This document shows, piece by piece, positions 21,854 through 32,220 of a stretch of DNA of 32,220 bases. The position numbers and the translations under genes are program-made. This DNA comes from Piptocephalis cylindrospora (lineage: Eukaryota): contig KZ987748.1 in assembly GCA_003614145.1 (NCBI GenBank), forward strand, positions 1-32,220, written 5' to 3'. Every line of letters begins with the position of its first letter. The first letter of the stretch is position 1. The notes under the pieces were generated by a model. That model made no database searches. It was not told where the DNA came from and was given only the letters and a program-made list of their open reading frames with translations.

Positions 21854-22307
21854 ATGCTCGAACAGAGGAGTATTGGAAGGAAGGGTTGGGGCTCTGAAGA
21901 CGGGATGGAGCTGGGAGGGACAATGGTAAGGGAAGGGGCTGTATTGAATGATCAAAGCATCCCTTGATCCAGTGACGGATAGCCATCATCACCCAAGTCT
22001 CTCTCACGGGCACATCTCAGTACCAAATATCGGAGCCTTAAATAATGCTTTATTTTTCATCGTTTTTCACATTTTTACTTGGTCGGACGAGCCCAATGCC
22101 ATTGGGTAGAAGGATGGATGTAGATGCTCTAAGAGGCAGAGGCGCTATAGGCTCTGAAGACTCATTATGAGTCAGAAGGGGAACGCGACTAACCCTTAAC
22201 CACTAACCACTAATAAGTATCAAAGGAACAGGGCTGGGAGCATGACCGCACAAGTTACCTTCTTACCCCTCCATTTCTCTCATCCTCTAACGCACCCACA
22301 CAGTAGT

Positions 22308-23434
22308 ATGGTGGCAAGCAAAGGCAGAAAAGGTCCATCTGGAAGCGGCAAGGCCGTCCTGGAGTATCTACGCAAGACCAACCGTCCATACTCTGCAAGT
22401 AAGGCTGTAAACCGATGTTCCTTGAGCTGACGGCAATGGCAGAATCGGAACATGAGAGCGGCTCCACTCATCCTCTTCTTCATCTAGATGACGTATGCAT
22501 GGCCCTTCAAGGTGAACTGACCAAGAGTGTGGTGCAACGGGCCTTGGCTGAGCTGACCGAGGGTCAGAACATTCAAGAAAAGAAGTATGGCAAGCAGAGC
22601 ATCTTCGTCATTCGACAGGTTAGTACTGCTAGGAGGTTGATCACGAATGACTTGCATGGTAGCTCAACTTTGATCAGTAGGACCTGCTTGACGAAGCTGA
22701 TCCTGGGGAAATGAAGGACCTTTCCAAGCAATCCTCGGTCCTGGCCGAATCTAACAAGCAGGTTCTATCTCGAGTTCGGATGGCTCAAAAAGGTATCTCA
22801 TGAGAAACCCTAATAATATCTCTGGACATGACTCATCATCACACCTCATGCCATGTAGAGTTAAATGATCTCAAGGGGTTTGTTACCTTGGAGGATGCTG
22901 CCAGTGAATTGGAGCAACTCAGAAATAAGGTAGGACAAATCCTTACTTTCAGTGGCATTTTGCATTTTCCCTAACAGCATTCTATACTCCATATGGGCGA
23001 TAGAATGAGGAGATGGAAACAAGGGTGTCTCAATTTCAATCTGGCAAGAGACAAGTGACCAAGGCTGACATTGAAAAGGTTCGCAAAGCCCATGCTGCCA
23101 TGCAAAAGACTATGAAGTCCAGGAAACGTTTGGTAGGTCAAGTGGGGCGATTTGAGGATGGCTATAGTAGTTAAATACTCTATTAGTCTGCGATTACTAT
23201 TTTCCCTTCTCACTATCACACTCTCGATAGTTTAACGACATTTTTGATACAGTTACAGAACAAATGCCTGGAAAGAAGAAGGATATCATGGTAGGATCCA
23301 GTATATGATGGGAGTTATACTTTTTACGGGAATTACTTTGCGCATCTCACTCATCATTATCTTTTCCTATTTATCTCACCATAATAATAATACATCATTA
23401 ATAGGAGGATATGGGTATCGAGACTTCCCTTTAG
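22308..23434 (+). CDS. HOP2: Homologous-pairing protein 2 (Hop2/TBPIP/PSMC3IP), 7 exons
   Basis: AVLEYLRKTNRPYSA|NDVCMALQGELTKSVVQRALAEL...EKKYGKQSIF (Hop2 winged helix), a coiled coil, RKRL|FNDIFDTVTE and EDMGIET. Confidence 0.93.
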
Positions 23435-23624
23435 TGGACAACTCTATAGATATTACGAGTAATGGGAGCGCACACCCTCCCTTCCCAGCGACGAGACAGA
23501 GAGGGAAAATGAGAAACACGATACTAGTTGCATTTTGTAATCCTTTTTCTCTCATTCTCATTCTCTAAAATTGGGTCAAATTCATGAGGCGCCCTTTCCT
23601 CATATAAAGACATACATAGATTCC

Positions 23625-24439
23625 CTAACAGCATCCACTACTCATCCTCTTTGCCTCGGCATCCGCTTCAGCTAGCTGTATGTCAGCTGCTCTGGCCCCC
23701 CGGCTCTTTACCCCAGAGCTCTCGCCCTTGGCTTCCCTTTGGATCAGGATATCCCGGACTAACATGGTAAAGGCTCCCTCCACACCCGAGGCTGACTTTG
23801 CGCTCGTCTCCACAGCCTTCATACCCAGTATCTCTGCTAGCGCCGTTGCGTCCCCAGCTCCCACCTTTCGATCACCCACCTCATCCGCCTTGTTACCTAC
23901 GATAAGACCAATGGCATCAGATGGCGCGTGCATTGACACTGAATCAGCCCATCCTCGCAGATCCTCAAAGGATTTTTTATCTGTCAGATCGTACACTAAA
24001 AGAACACCATGGGCTCCTCGATAGTAGGCTAGGTGCGACAGAGTAAGCATGGTGGGATTTAGTGGAAAGATTCAGGAATGAAAACATAGTGAGTAAGAAA
24101 AAGGTACATACATCGGGTAATGGTCCGAAATCGTTCCTGCCCTGCTGTATCCCATAACTGGACCTTGACCACCTTCCCATCCACCTCCAGTGTCCGCACC
24201 TTAAAGTCAATACCGATCGTTGTGATGAACGATGGAGTAAACGCATCATCGCAGAATCGGAGAAGCAAGCAACTTTTCCCCACAGCTGGTGTAGTTTTTA
24301 TTAACCAATCATCACAAAGGTAATAATGAGTGGAATGCTAGGTGGATATACTCTGATCGTGATCATCCCTTGCGCACTTACCTGAATTACCCACCAAGAG
24401 CAGTTTTACAATGTGATCAAAACCTGTTAACGATTCCAT
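23625..24439 (-). CDS. SEC4: Sec4/Rab8-family small GTPase (divergent), 3 exons
   Basis: [45 protein letters not shown] (Sec4/Rab8 effector region), [30 protein letters not shown] and a C-terminal GCC. Confidence 0.85.
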
Positions 24440-25509
24440 GCTGGTTATGAGCCGGGGGGGAGTGGGTGGGGAATCGTATGAGGATGCTGGGATATAAAGA
24501 GAAGCTCAAGTGAAGGAGGGCAGGGTGGGTAATGATGAGAGAGGAGAGAGAGAAATGAGAAATGAGCCGGAGCGGATGTAAAGAGGAGAAAGGTAAGAAT
24601 AATGCATTCTCTATCCACCTATTCATCCATCCATCCATGCAAGTATATCAACTCTTTGGTCGGACCGGTAAATATGATTGAATGGACCGAGCTATCCATG
24701 GCTAAAGATAGTCATCCAGCCACTGCTGTGACTACACCCATACACTTGACACCTGTCATTACTAGGCCTCATTTGTTTTATTTCCTTTCCTTCATTGATG
24801 AGACCTATAGCTTGTGCACGCATTACCCTAAACCCTTCATCTTGGTCATGGAGGGGCCATGCTTCAGTGTGGGTGCAGGCCGCAGAGGGAATGAGAGATG
24901 ATGATTCAGAATGACATCGGTACCTGGTCCCTCCCCGTAAAGAAACATATGGATCGGAATGTCTCAGATTTATCTCATGGGCCGCTATGTTCATGATGGC
25001 CTATGAACGTCTACCGTGGATAAATACATCCATTTCCCCTTCCCTTGCCAGCAACCCACGCATATCCCAAACCGACTCTTGGGGGTTCCATGTGTGCCTG
25101 TCCTCCTCACACGTTTATGGCAATTATACTTGGTCATTCTAAGCCAACTATTCGTCTCAGACCATTGGGGGAAGAGAGTTTCAGGACTTCCTTTAACACA
25201 ATAACACAACAACACAATAAAACAATAGAGCATACATGGTTATAGTGTCAACTCATTATAGGTGGACAGGAGGGTGGATGGGAAGTACAGAGGCGGTGCT
25301 GAATCCTTGAAATTCAAACTCAATTATGCGCGCTTTTCACTCGCGATTTTCGATGTGATCCAGATAGGGTATGCACAGTTTTCCTGGCCTGGCGCCTCCA
25401 AAGAAAATGTCAACACATCAACCTCCCTGTGCCTCACGTCCTCCTCCTCTTCTATCCTCACCTTTCTCTTTTCTCTATACCCTTGAGTGATCCAGCCTCT
25501 CCCATCCCC

Positions 25510-28500
25510 ATGACTGTACTGGCCGACTTGTCAAGGCTCAACGAGCTGGCCAAGAGGCAAGCTCAGCAAACGGCCTCAAAAAACTATCCTGCTTCTGATC
25601 AGTCCCAGCGCTTCTCCCAGTCCACCAGTTCCGCCACTGGTCCCACCCTCCCTACTCTTCATCGTGGCCTTGCCCAGATAGAGGCTCTTTCTCAACGGAT
25701 TGCCACCAAGGCCTTGCTAGAGCAAGATGGTCTATCTAGCCACCGGAATTACGCGTAAGCTTGCTCCTCCCCTTGACTGGGCGTGAATGGCGGTTGCTCT
25801 CGTTGACCCTTCTAGTCATTAATTAATCCTTTTCCATCCGATAGAAACGGGTATCTCACCAATGTGGGGATAGACACATCCATCATGTCGGACCCTCGGT
25901 CCACGAATATTGACCGGGCCCTTCGCCCCATCCATATGACCACCCCCACGGACGTGCCCGCTAATTTATCGTCCCTGTTGCAGCAAGATTTGCTTAAAAT
26001 CATCTCGGATAATCAAGCCAAGGTATTTTTATCCCCCACTAAATATCCTATTGATGTACTGATTCCAACCTCCTCATTATCCCCATTGGACTCAGGCCAA
26101 AAAAGTGACTGAGGATGTTCAAGCAAGTCGGGATCAGCGGAGTTGGCACACGATGCGCTCTCAAATGCTCAAATCTTCCCCATTTGCCCAAAGACGGTCG
26201 GATCCATTCTCAGCTTCCATTACCCATGGCGGTTCGTTTGGCCAATCTTCCCTTCCCTTTACGGTAAGCCCAGTAATCTTACATCCCTGATCACCCTTAT
26301 CTATCTCACTCACCCTTCCTTCTTCGCTGTCATCAGGGAGGACATCCAGGAGAGAGCACAACCACACATCGAGCAAACACCCGCGCTGAAAAGTATCTTG
26401 ACGTGATCCGTACCCTGAATGAAGCACGGTCCCACGGGAACTCCTTCCCGTTGGCCAAGGGATTTGCCGACGCCATTCGCGAGGAAGCCTCTCTGGGTAT
26501 GGAAGGGCAGGATGTGGTATTGATGTGGGATATCCTTGCTGCCGTCCTTTGTGAAGGGCCCTCTACTGGAAGACCTCAATTGGCCGTCGGCTCTCCTGCA
26601 CGGCCTATTCCTCTGGACGAGGGGGCCTATGCCACCAGTGCTCGATCCTTCGAGACCAAAACTCGCCTGGTTCGTGGGGCCCGATCCATCTTGGAGGAGG
26701 CCTTCCGGGAACATATGGATGTTTCTATTCGTCAGCGCCGGATGGACGCCCTGTTGGGTGGGCAGCCCGGAGCCCTATCCAAGGTCCTGGCATACATTAG
26801 GACCCTTTCTATGCCGCAGTTACATATGATGGAGGAGAGATCGGAGAAGTGGGATGGTGAATGGGTCTGGGCCGTCCTCTACTATCTTATTCGCGCTGGT
26901 GCCCTCACTGAGGCTGTCAGCTACGTCGAATCTCATCAAGCCGCCTTCTGCCAGGCTCATCCGGCTTTCCCCTCCCTGCTTCAGGCTTACGTCCGGACTA
27001 ATGGATACCTTGGACCTGAAGACCGGAGTAGGCTTCAAGAATACTTTCACCGCCACCTCCGTCATACCTGGGAACGAGGTGATGTCCACCGATTCCTTGT
27101 ATACAAGGTCCTCGGTCGATGTGACCTGCGTAAGCGTACCTTTTCCGAGGTTATTGATACTACTGATGACTACATGTGGCTCCAATTCATGCTCATTACC
27201 GAAGGCAATGTCCCCCCATCCTCCCCTCCTACCCTTCCCACCGCCTCTCCCCATCGCTCTGGGATAACCGGGAGATCGGGCAAAGGCGACTTGGCCAATT
27301 TTATGCTTTTCTCCGACAGCCTGGCCTGCTCCAAGGATGATCCTCGTTCCTTAGGACGTAGTACATCCTTCAATGGTAGTGTAGGGGGGGGAGGCGGTGA
27401 TGGTGTTTGGGGAGAAGAGTATACCCTGGAGGATTTACAGTCGGGATTACGTGCCCTTGGCCCTAAGCATTATGCTCCTTCCTCCAGACCTCTACTCTTC
27501 CCTCAGCTCTTACTCTACACTGGTCAGTTTGGCCAAGCTGTCCAGTACCTCCAGAGCCTTCCCGGGCACGAGGTCGATGCGATGCACCTTCTCATCACCT
27601 GCGCCTACTATGGCGTCCTTGGTATGATTTTCACGCCCGTTGGTCTAGCTCAATCCAAGGGAGCACCGGGGGGGGCTGGATCCTCAGGAAAGTTCGGAAA
27701 AACCTTACCCTTTTCTTCCACCACTGAAACCACAAGAGCTCGTCCCACAAGCCTCCTTGGTTCCACCTCAGGCCTCTCCTTTGGAGCCCACTCCGACTTG
27801 GATAATACCAGAGCCAAGGAAGATGAAGGAGATCAGGGTCCGGCCAAGGTAGATGTTTATGAGGGGACCAAGGCTTATGTGGAAGCAGTGGCTGCGTACG
27901 CCCGTTGGTATGAAGGAGCCAAATCGGTGGATGCGGCCATGCAATACCTCTACCTTCTCCTGGCCGGTAAGCCCTACGGAACCACTGGAGACGTCGAAGG
28001 GGATGTTGCAGCCCGATTGGCCGCTTCTCCCGAGTGGAAGTCCCTACTGGAACTGTGTCACTCCCAGATCCGACACCTTCTTATTCGATCCCGTCAGTAT
28101 CCTGTCCTCCTGGGCAGGATGGACGTTCATGGTAATACTCTAGATGGAGAGCTAACTCCGGCCAAGCTCCTTCTTCTTGGTCTCCAAGGGCGAGAAGAGC
28201 TTGCCGATCGGATCACACGCAAGGTGGCTCAATGGTGCCAGGAACATGGGCGGGTTGTGGAGGCCGTTCGACTTTATTCCCTTACCCAAGACTACGATTG
28301 GGCCGTTAGAGTCATGGTCCGGGTCATGGGCGAGGTGCTCATGACCCCAAGGTACGACCGGGATGTTCAAGACGCCTCCATTCCCACTGCTCTAGCAACC
28401 TCTGGGCCGGGGCAGGAAGGATCATCCCCGATGGGAAAAGCCGAGGAGGTCATGAGTATGGCTGCGGAACTTTCCGCTGTCTACGGAGCCAATGGCGAGA

Positions 28501-29061
28501 TCCGACGTAAGGTGAGCCCTAGTGCCTGGAGAACGATGGAAATCCTCCTATCCCTTAGTACCTTTATCGCGGCCTGGAGAGCGCAGCAATGGGAGGCGGC
28601 ACTGAATGCCATGCTCAAAGTGGGACTCTTTCCTTTGCTCCATGATGCAGGAACCCAGGGAGGGGACATTCCAGGAGGCTGGTGGATGCGCGATGGGCTC
28701 GGTAAATCTCAGTCCGGGATGTCGGAGGAGGCGGAGATGGAAGAGGCAGTGGGCCGGAACATTCCTGCCCTCTTAGTAGCTACCATGGAGGTCCTGTGTG
28801 GACTGTACAATCAGGTTAGGGCCAGCCGGTTTGGTGAGGCCATTCGACTCAAGGTATGTGTGTATATATATGTGCAGTGTGTTTCCATCAAGCCATCTCT
28901 ATACTCATCACCCTTCTTATTCACCTGATCCTACACAATAGGAGATGGCCCGGATTAAGCGAATGTCCCAAGCGCTCATGGCCTTTTCCGGCCGTCTTCG
29001 CATTCATCTGAATGGAGAGACATACTCGAGTCTCAATCGGCTCGAGATTCAGCTAGAATGA
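25510..29061 (+). CDS. NIC96: Nucleoporin Nic96/Nup93, 5 exons
   Basis: N-terminal LPTLHRGLAQIEALS, GARSILEEAF, LGGQPG, WAVLYYLIRAG, TTDDYMWLQF, LLLYTGQFGQAV.YL, VDAMHL and RNIPALLVATM, with the C-terminus ALMAFSGRLRIHL..ETYSSLNRLE. Confidence 0.93.
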
Positions 29062-29351
29062 CTAGGGCAGTGATGGGGAATATATGAGAGGGATGGGAGG
29101 GGCAACCGCTGTTGTCTTAGGGTAGTGGCGTATTATGATTGATTGGTTCATCCTTATCCTCTGATTTTGTATTGTTGACTTAAGCTGATTAAAGGTAGAG
29201 CAGTGATATCTTTTACCTCTATCCCACTAACTATATCCCTATTTTTCATGAGAAATACGGTCCGTGTACATTCCTAATCTCTCTCAGTCTCAAGTCCAAT
29301 TCAATCCCAATCTTATTCCGCCACGATTATCCCAAGTACCATGGGTGCATA

Positions 29352-32090
29352 CTAAATGGGAATATTCCCATACATGCTTTCCTTGAGATAATCAGATCCT
29401 TTCTCTGCATACTCGGCTGCTGAAATTGATTGATCCAAAAAGGCTTGGTTGGATTGAGAGGCCCACCTAGATCCACCTTTCCATCCATCCAGTTGGGGCG
29501 TAGAAGATTGAATGATATTGATGCGGCTAGAGATGGGTAAGGCTTCCCGCAGAGCCTCTTCAATGCGCTCCTGAAGCCCAGATATTTGAGAAAACCCTCC
29601 GGTCAGTAAGATGGACTAGACGAGGGGATATAATGGATTAGAATCCCTTTGATCCCATTCACACATTCAGAATCAATCCGACATACCAGATCCACCGGGT
29701 CGTTAGAACCTTCTGGAGAAGGCCACCCCGTTCGGTACACATCATTTAAGACATAACCAAGACCTGTTTGCTCATTTCCAAGGATCGAGGGTTGGAATAG
29801 GCCTTCGGGAACACGGATTCTCTCAGTATTGAGACGGATTTGATAGTGAGCTGCAAGAGCTTCCTCATCTTCCTCCCCATCAGCCCCGTAGATCCCCTTC
29901 CTCATATCCCGGTCGCCATGGTAGAACCATCGAAGAAGAGAATGAGGATCCTCCTCGGTTCCATCATCATCCGGATCAAAATCTGGGTCGTACTGGGAAA
30001 GTAGCTCCTCGACGGATTGCAAGGCGTTCATATCTCCCTCCTCCTCCTCCTCATCATCTTCCTTACTGATATCCCGATAGACATGCCAGTCCGAATCATC
30101 CGCTCCAAACCCATCATCCTCCTCAGAGCCCCTTCTCTTGGATCCGCCAGTACCACCGCTAGTCCCCGATGTAACCCTTCTCTTCCTCTTTGTTTCATCT
30201 TCAGCCAAGGAAGCAATAGCATGCATTCGTTTTTGGGAGGCATTACTGCGACGATCCGACAGCTCTTCCCGGATCTTTTGCTTTTCTCGGATCCTTCCTT
30301 GGATAATCTAAGAAGGTGATGGCATTGGAAAAGGCATATAGATACCGAACCGGTCCGCCCCTTATTCTCTTACCTTTCTTTCCTCCCTCTTTCCCTTGAT
30401 CCAGCCCTCAGGATCAGCATGATAGGCATCTTGCTCGGCCTTAAGTTCGGCCGCCTAGGATAGCCACCATCGTACATTGGAGCTGCGTAAGATAATAGAC
30501 GAGTATAGCGTTTCGCTGGGATGAAATTACATACCTTCCGTGCCTCTTCTTCTTCCTTTTCCTTGCGGGCCCGTTCCCTAGCATCCACCCCGGCTTTAAG
30601 AAGGCGCTGTTTTCTCTTCTCCTTTTTCCTCTCTTCATCCAGATCTTCATCTGGGATTTCCAGTAAGGAAAAGTCATATTTCTATTCCCGTTGATTGGAG
30701 GAGGAAGAGGAGGAGGAGGAGTGAGCATTAAAAACTATTGTGGAGTCGTTTCAAGGAAAAGTAGCTCCTTGGCCGTCAATTTAAATAATATCTACCTTTT
30801 CCTCAGGCTCAATCCCGGCTTCCCGAGCTTTTGCTCGCTCGATCCATTGATCAATTTCGCGAATGGTGGCGTCAAGATCTTTTTCGTCCTTGAAGCCTTG
30901 ATGACGAACACGTACCTACAAAGAGAGATTGGTGAATATGGATTAGGCTGATCTAAAAATACATTCTCCTAGGTGAAGGTCACTTACAATCCAATCCTCC
31001 CGGGACTCTAGATCCTTGGTATCCCGTAGCTGGGTAAAGGCCTCGAGTTGCATCTCCTTTTCCTCAAACTATCACCAGTAGAGTAATTAAAAATGAGGAT
31101 GTAATGAGGATAATCAGCCTCTTCCTCCACAGCTCTCCCCTGCCTCACTTACCTTTTGACGCTTGGTTCGAGCAGCAATCTCTTTGAGCTTTTCAATATG
31201 CTCTTTTTTCCGCTGTTCAATCCTCTCAATTTCCTCTGTCGTTTTTTCCGGAGGCTTCTCCGCCTATACGAAATAAGTTTTAGAGGATTATAAGATTAGG
31301 GCTCTAGTTATTTGCAACATACATAAAAAGATGCCTTACCACCTCAAAAGGAAATTGCAAGACCAAAGTCTTATCCAGTTCAGGAGCTTGGATAGAACGG
31401 GCGTAATCCTCCAATTCGTCATGATAACTAGCAGCGAAATACGTATGCCTACGGGTGATAGCCTGTCATAGGTGCAATCAACGTGGGGATAAGACCAAGA
31501 CTTTCCTTTACACAAGGTACTCCATAAATTAAGATCAATACAGTTACTTACTCTAGCCTGATGGGAGGTGACGTGCAAAGGAAAGGCTGGGTATTTGGTT
31601 TGAAGGAGCCTTAGCATGAAAGTCTCGGCTGAAGCACCACCATATTGGATACTAACAATGCAGATAATCGGTAGAAGGGGGTGAGTAGGAGCTTTGGACT
31701 CAAATAAGCTGACTCATTCCAAGAATACAGTATCCCACTCGGCACATACACCGTAGCGTGGGGGAGATCCGGGCGACCTTGGATAACCGGGACGACACGG
31801 GTGGAAGAGTGGCCAACATCGATAATCATGGCATTCTGCCCTAATACCTCCTGAGCTGACGCATACGCAAGTAGCGGCGAGGCAGCTAGGCAAAGGGAAG
31901 GAATTTCGTACTTTTCAAACATGAGTTCGGTGACCACTGTCGGAGATGTTCATGATGAGATGAGTTCTAAGAAGAAACTTACCACCCCTCCGCCCCTCCC
32001 CCCCCCCCCCCCCCCCCAGCCCTTCCTTTTCCGAGGGGCGGGGGGGTTACACCCACCCTCCGGGACGAGAACAGGGTCATCCGCCCTCTC
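29352..32090 (-). CDS. ARP5: Actin-related protein 5 (INO80 complex subunit); multi-exon, 5'-partial, 5' part sequence-degraded
   Basis: VTELMFEKYEIPS, IIDVGHSSTRVVPV, MLRLLQTKYPAFP, a charged insertion with DDGFGADDSDWHVY, LNTERIRVPEGLFQPSILG, ILLTGG, LDGWKG and EYAEKGSDYLKE. TAG at 29354-29352. Confidence 0.92.
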
Positions 32091-32170
32091 CCCCCCCCAC
32101 ACCCCCCGGGCCCCCTCTCTCCTGCCCCCGTGGCCTCTCCCTTTCCGCGCTTCTCCTCCTCCCCCTCACC
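31981..32170. repeat. Poly-C low-complexity tract, probably degraded base calls
   Basis: Long C and G homopolymers overlapping a recognisable but corrupted ARP5 exon. Confidence 0.6.
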
Positions 32171-32220
32171 ATCACTATCGCTACCCTCATCATCATCACT
32201 CTCTTCCTCTTCATCATTTT

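Noticed and set aside
19693..24439. Functional trafficking/autophagy cluster (YPT7, Atg16-like, SEC4)
   Set aside because: It is interrupted by HOP2, and such housekeeping genes are common enough for chance adjacency; no synteny evidence is available.
24895..24977. GAGATGATGA...ATCTC, a snoRNA-like segment in the SEC4/NIC96 gap
   Set aside because: There is no canonical CTGA box D before the 3' stem and no identifiable guide.

Overview
Gene-dense, intron-rich eukaryotic (fungal, probably early-diverging) genomic window. Introns are short GT-AG, mostly about 60-120 nt, with degenerate branch points. By manual splicing I can support 17 protein-coding loci: the 3' end of a GPI-anchored S/T/P-rich protein, CWC25, NDOR1/TAH18, COG6, KRI1, succinyl-CoA ligase alpha, a PHO85/CDK5-type kinase, a conserved uncharacterised protein, NDUFA12, an aldo-keto reductase, MDP-1 phosphatase, YPT7/Rab7, an Atg16-like coiled coil, HOP2, a divergent SEC4/Rab8, NIC96 and ARP5 (5'-truncated). 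I recognised no tRNA, rRNA, transposon or CRISPR features. Most notable: (i) the spliced uncharacterised gene at 14264 reads in frame without a stop into the PHO85 kinase, giving a 558-aa apparent fusion across a poly-G tract; (ii) that tract is a C-homogenised inverted copy of the LSC1 upstream region; (iii) the poly-C/G tracts appear to be base-call-degraded sequence, so the fusion may be an assembly artefact; (iv) there is a possible unannotated spliced transcript or micropeptide upstream of YPT7. All family assignments are from motif recognition; no database searches were run.
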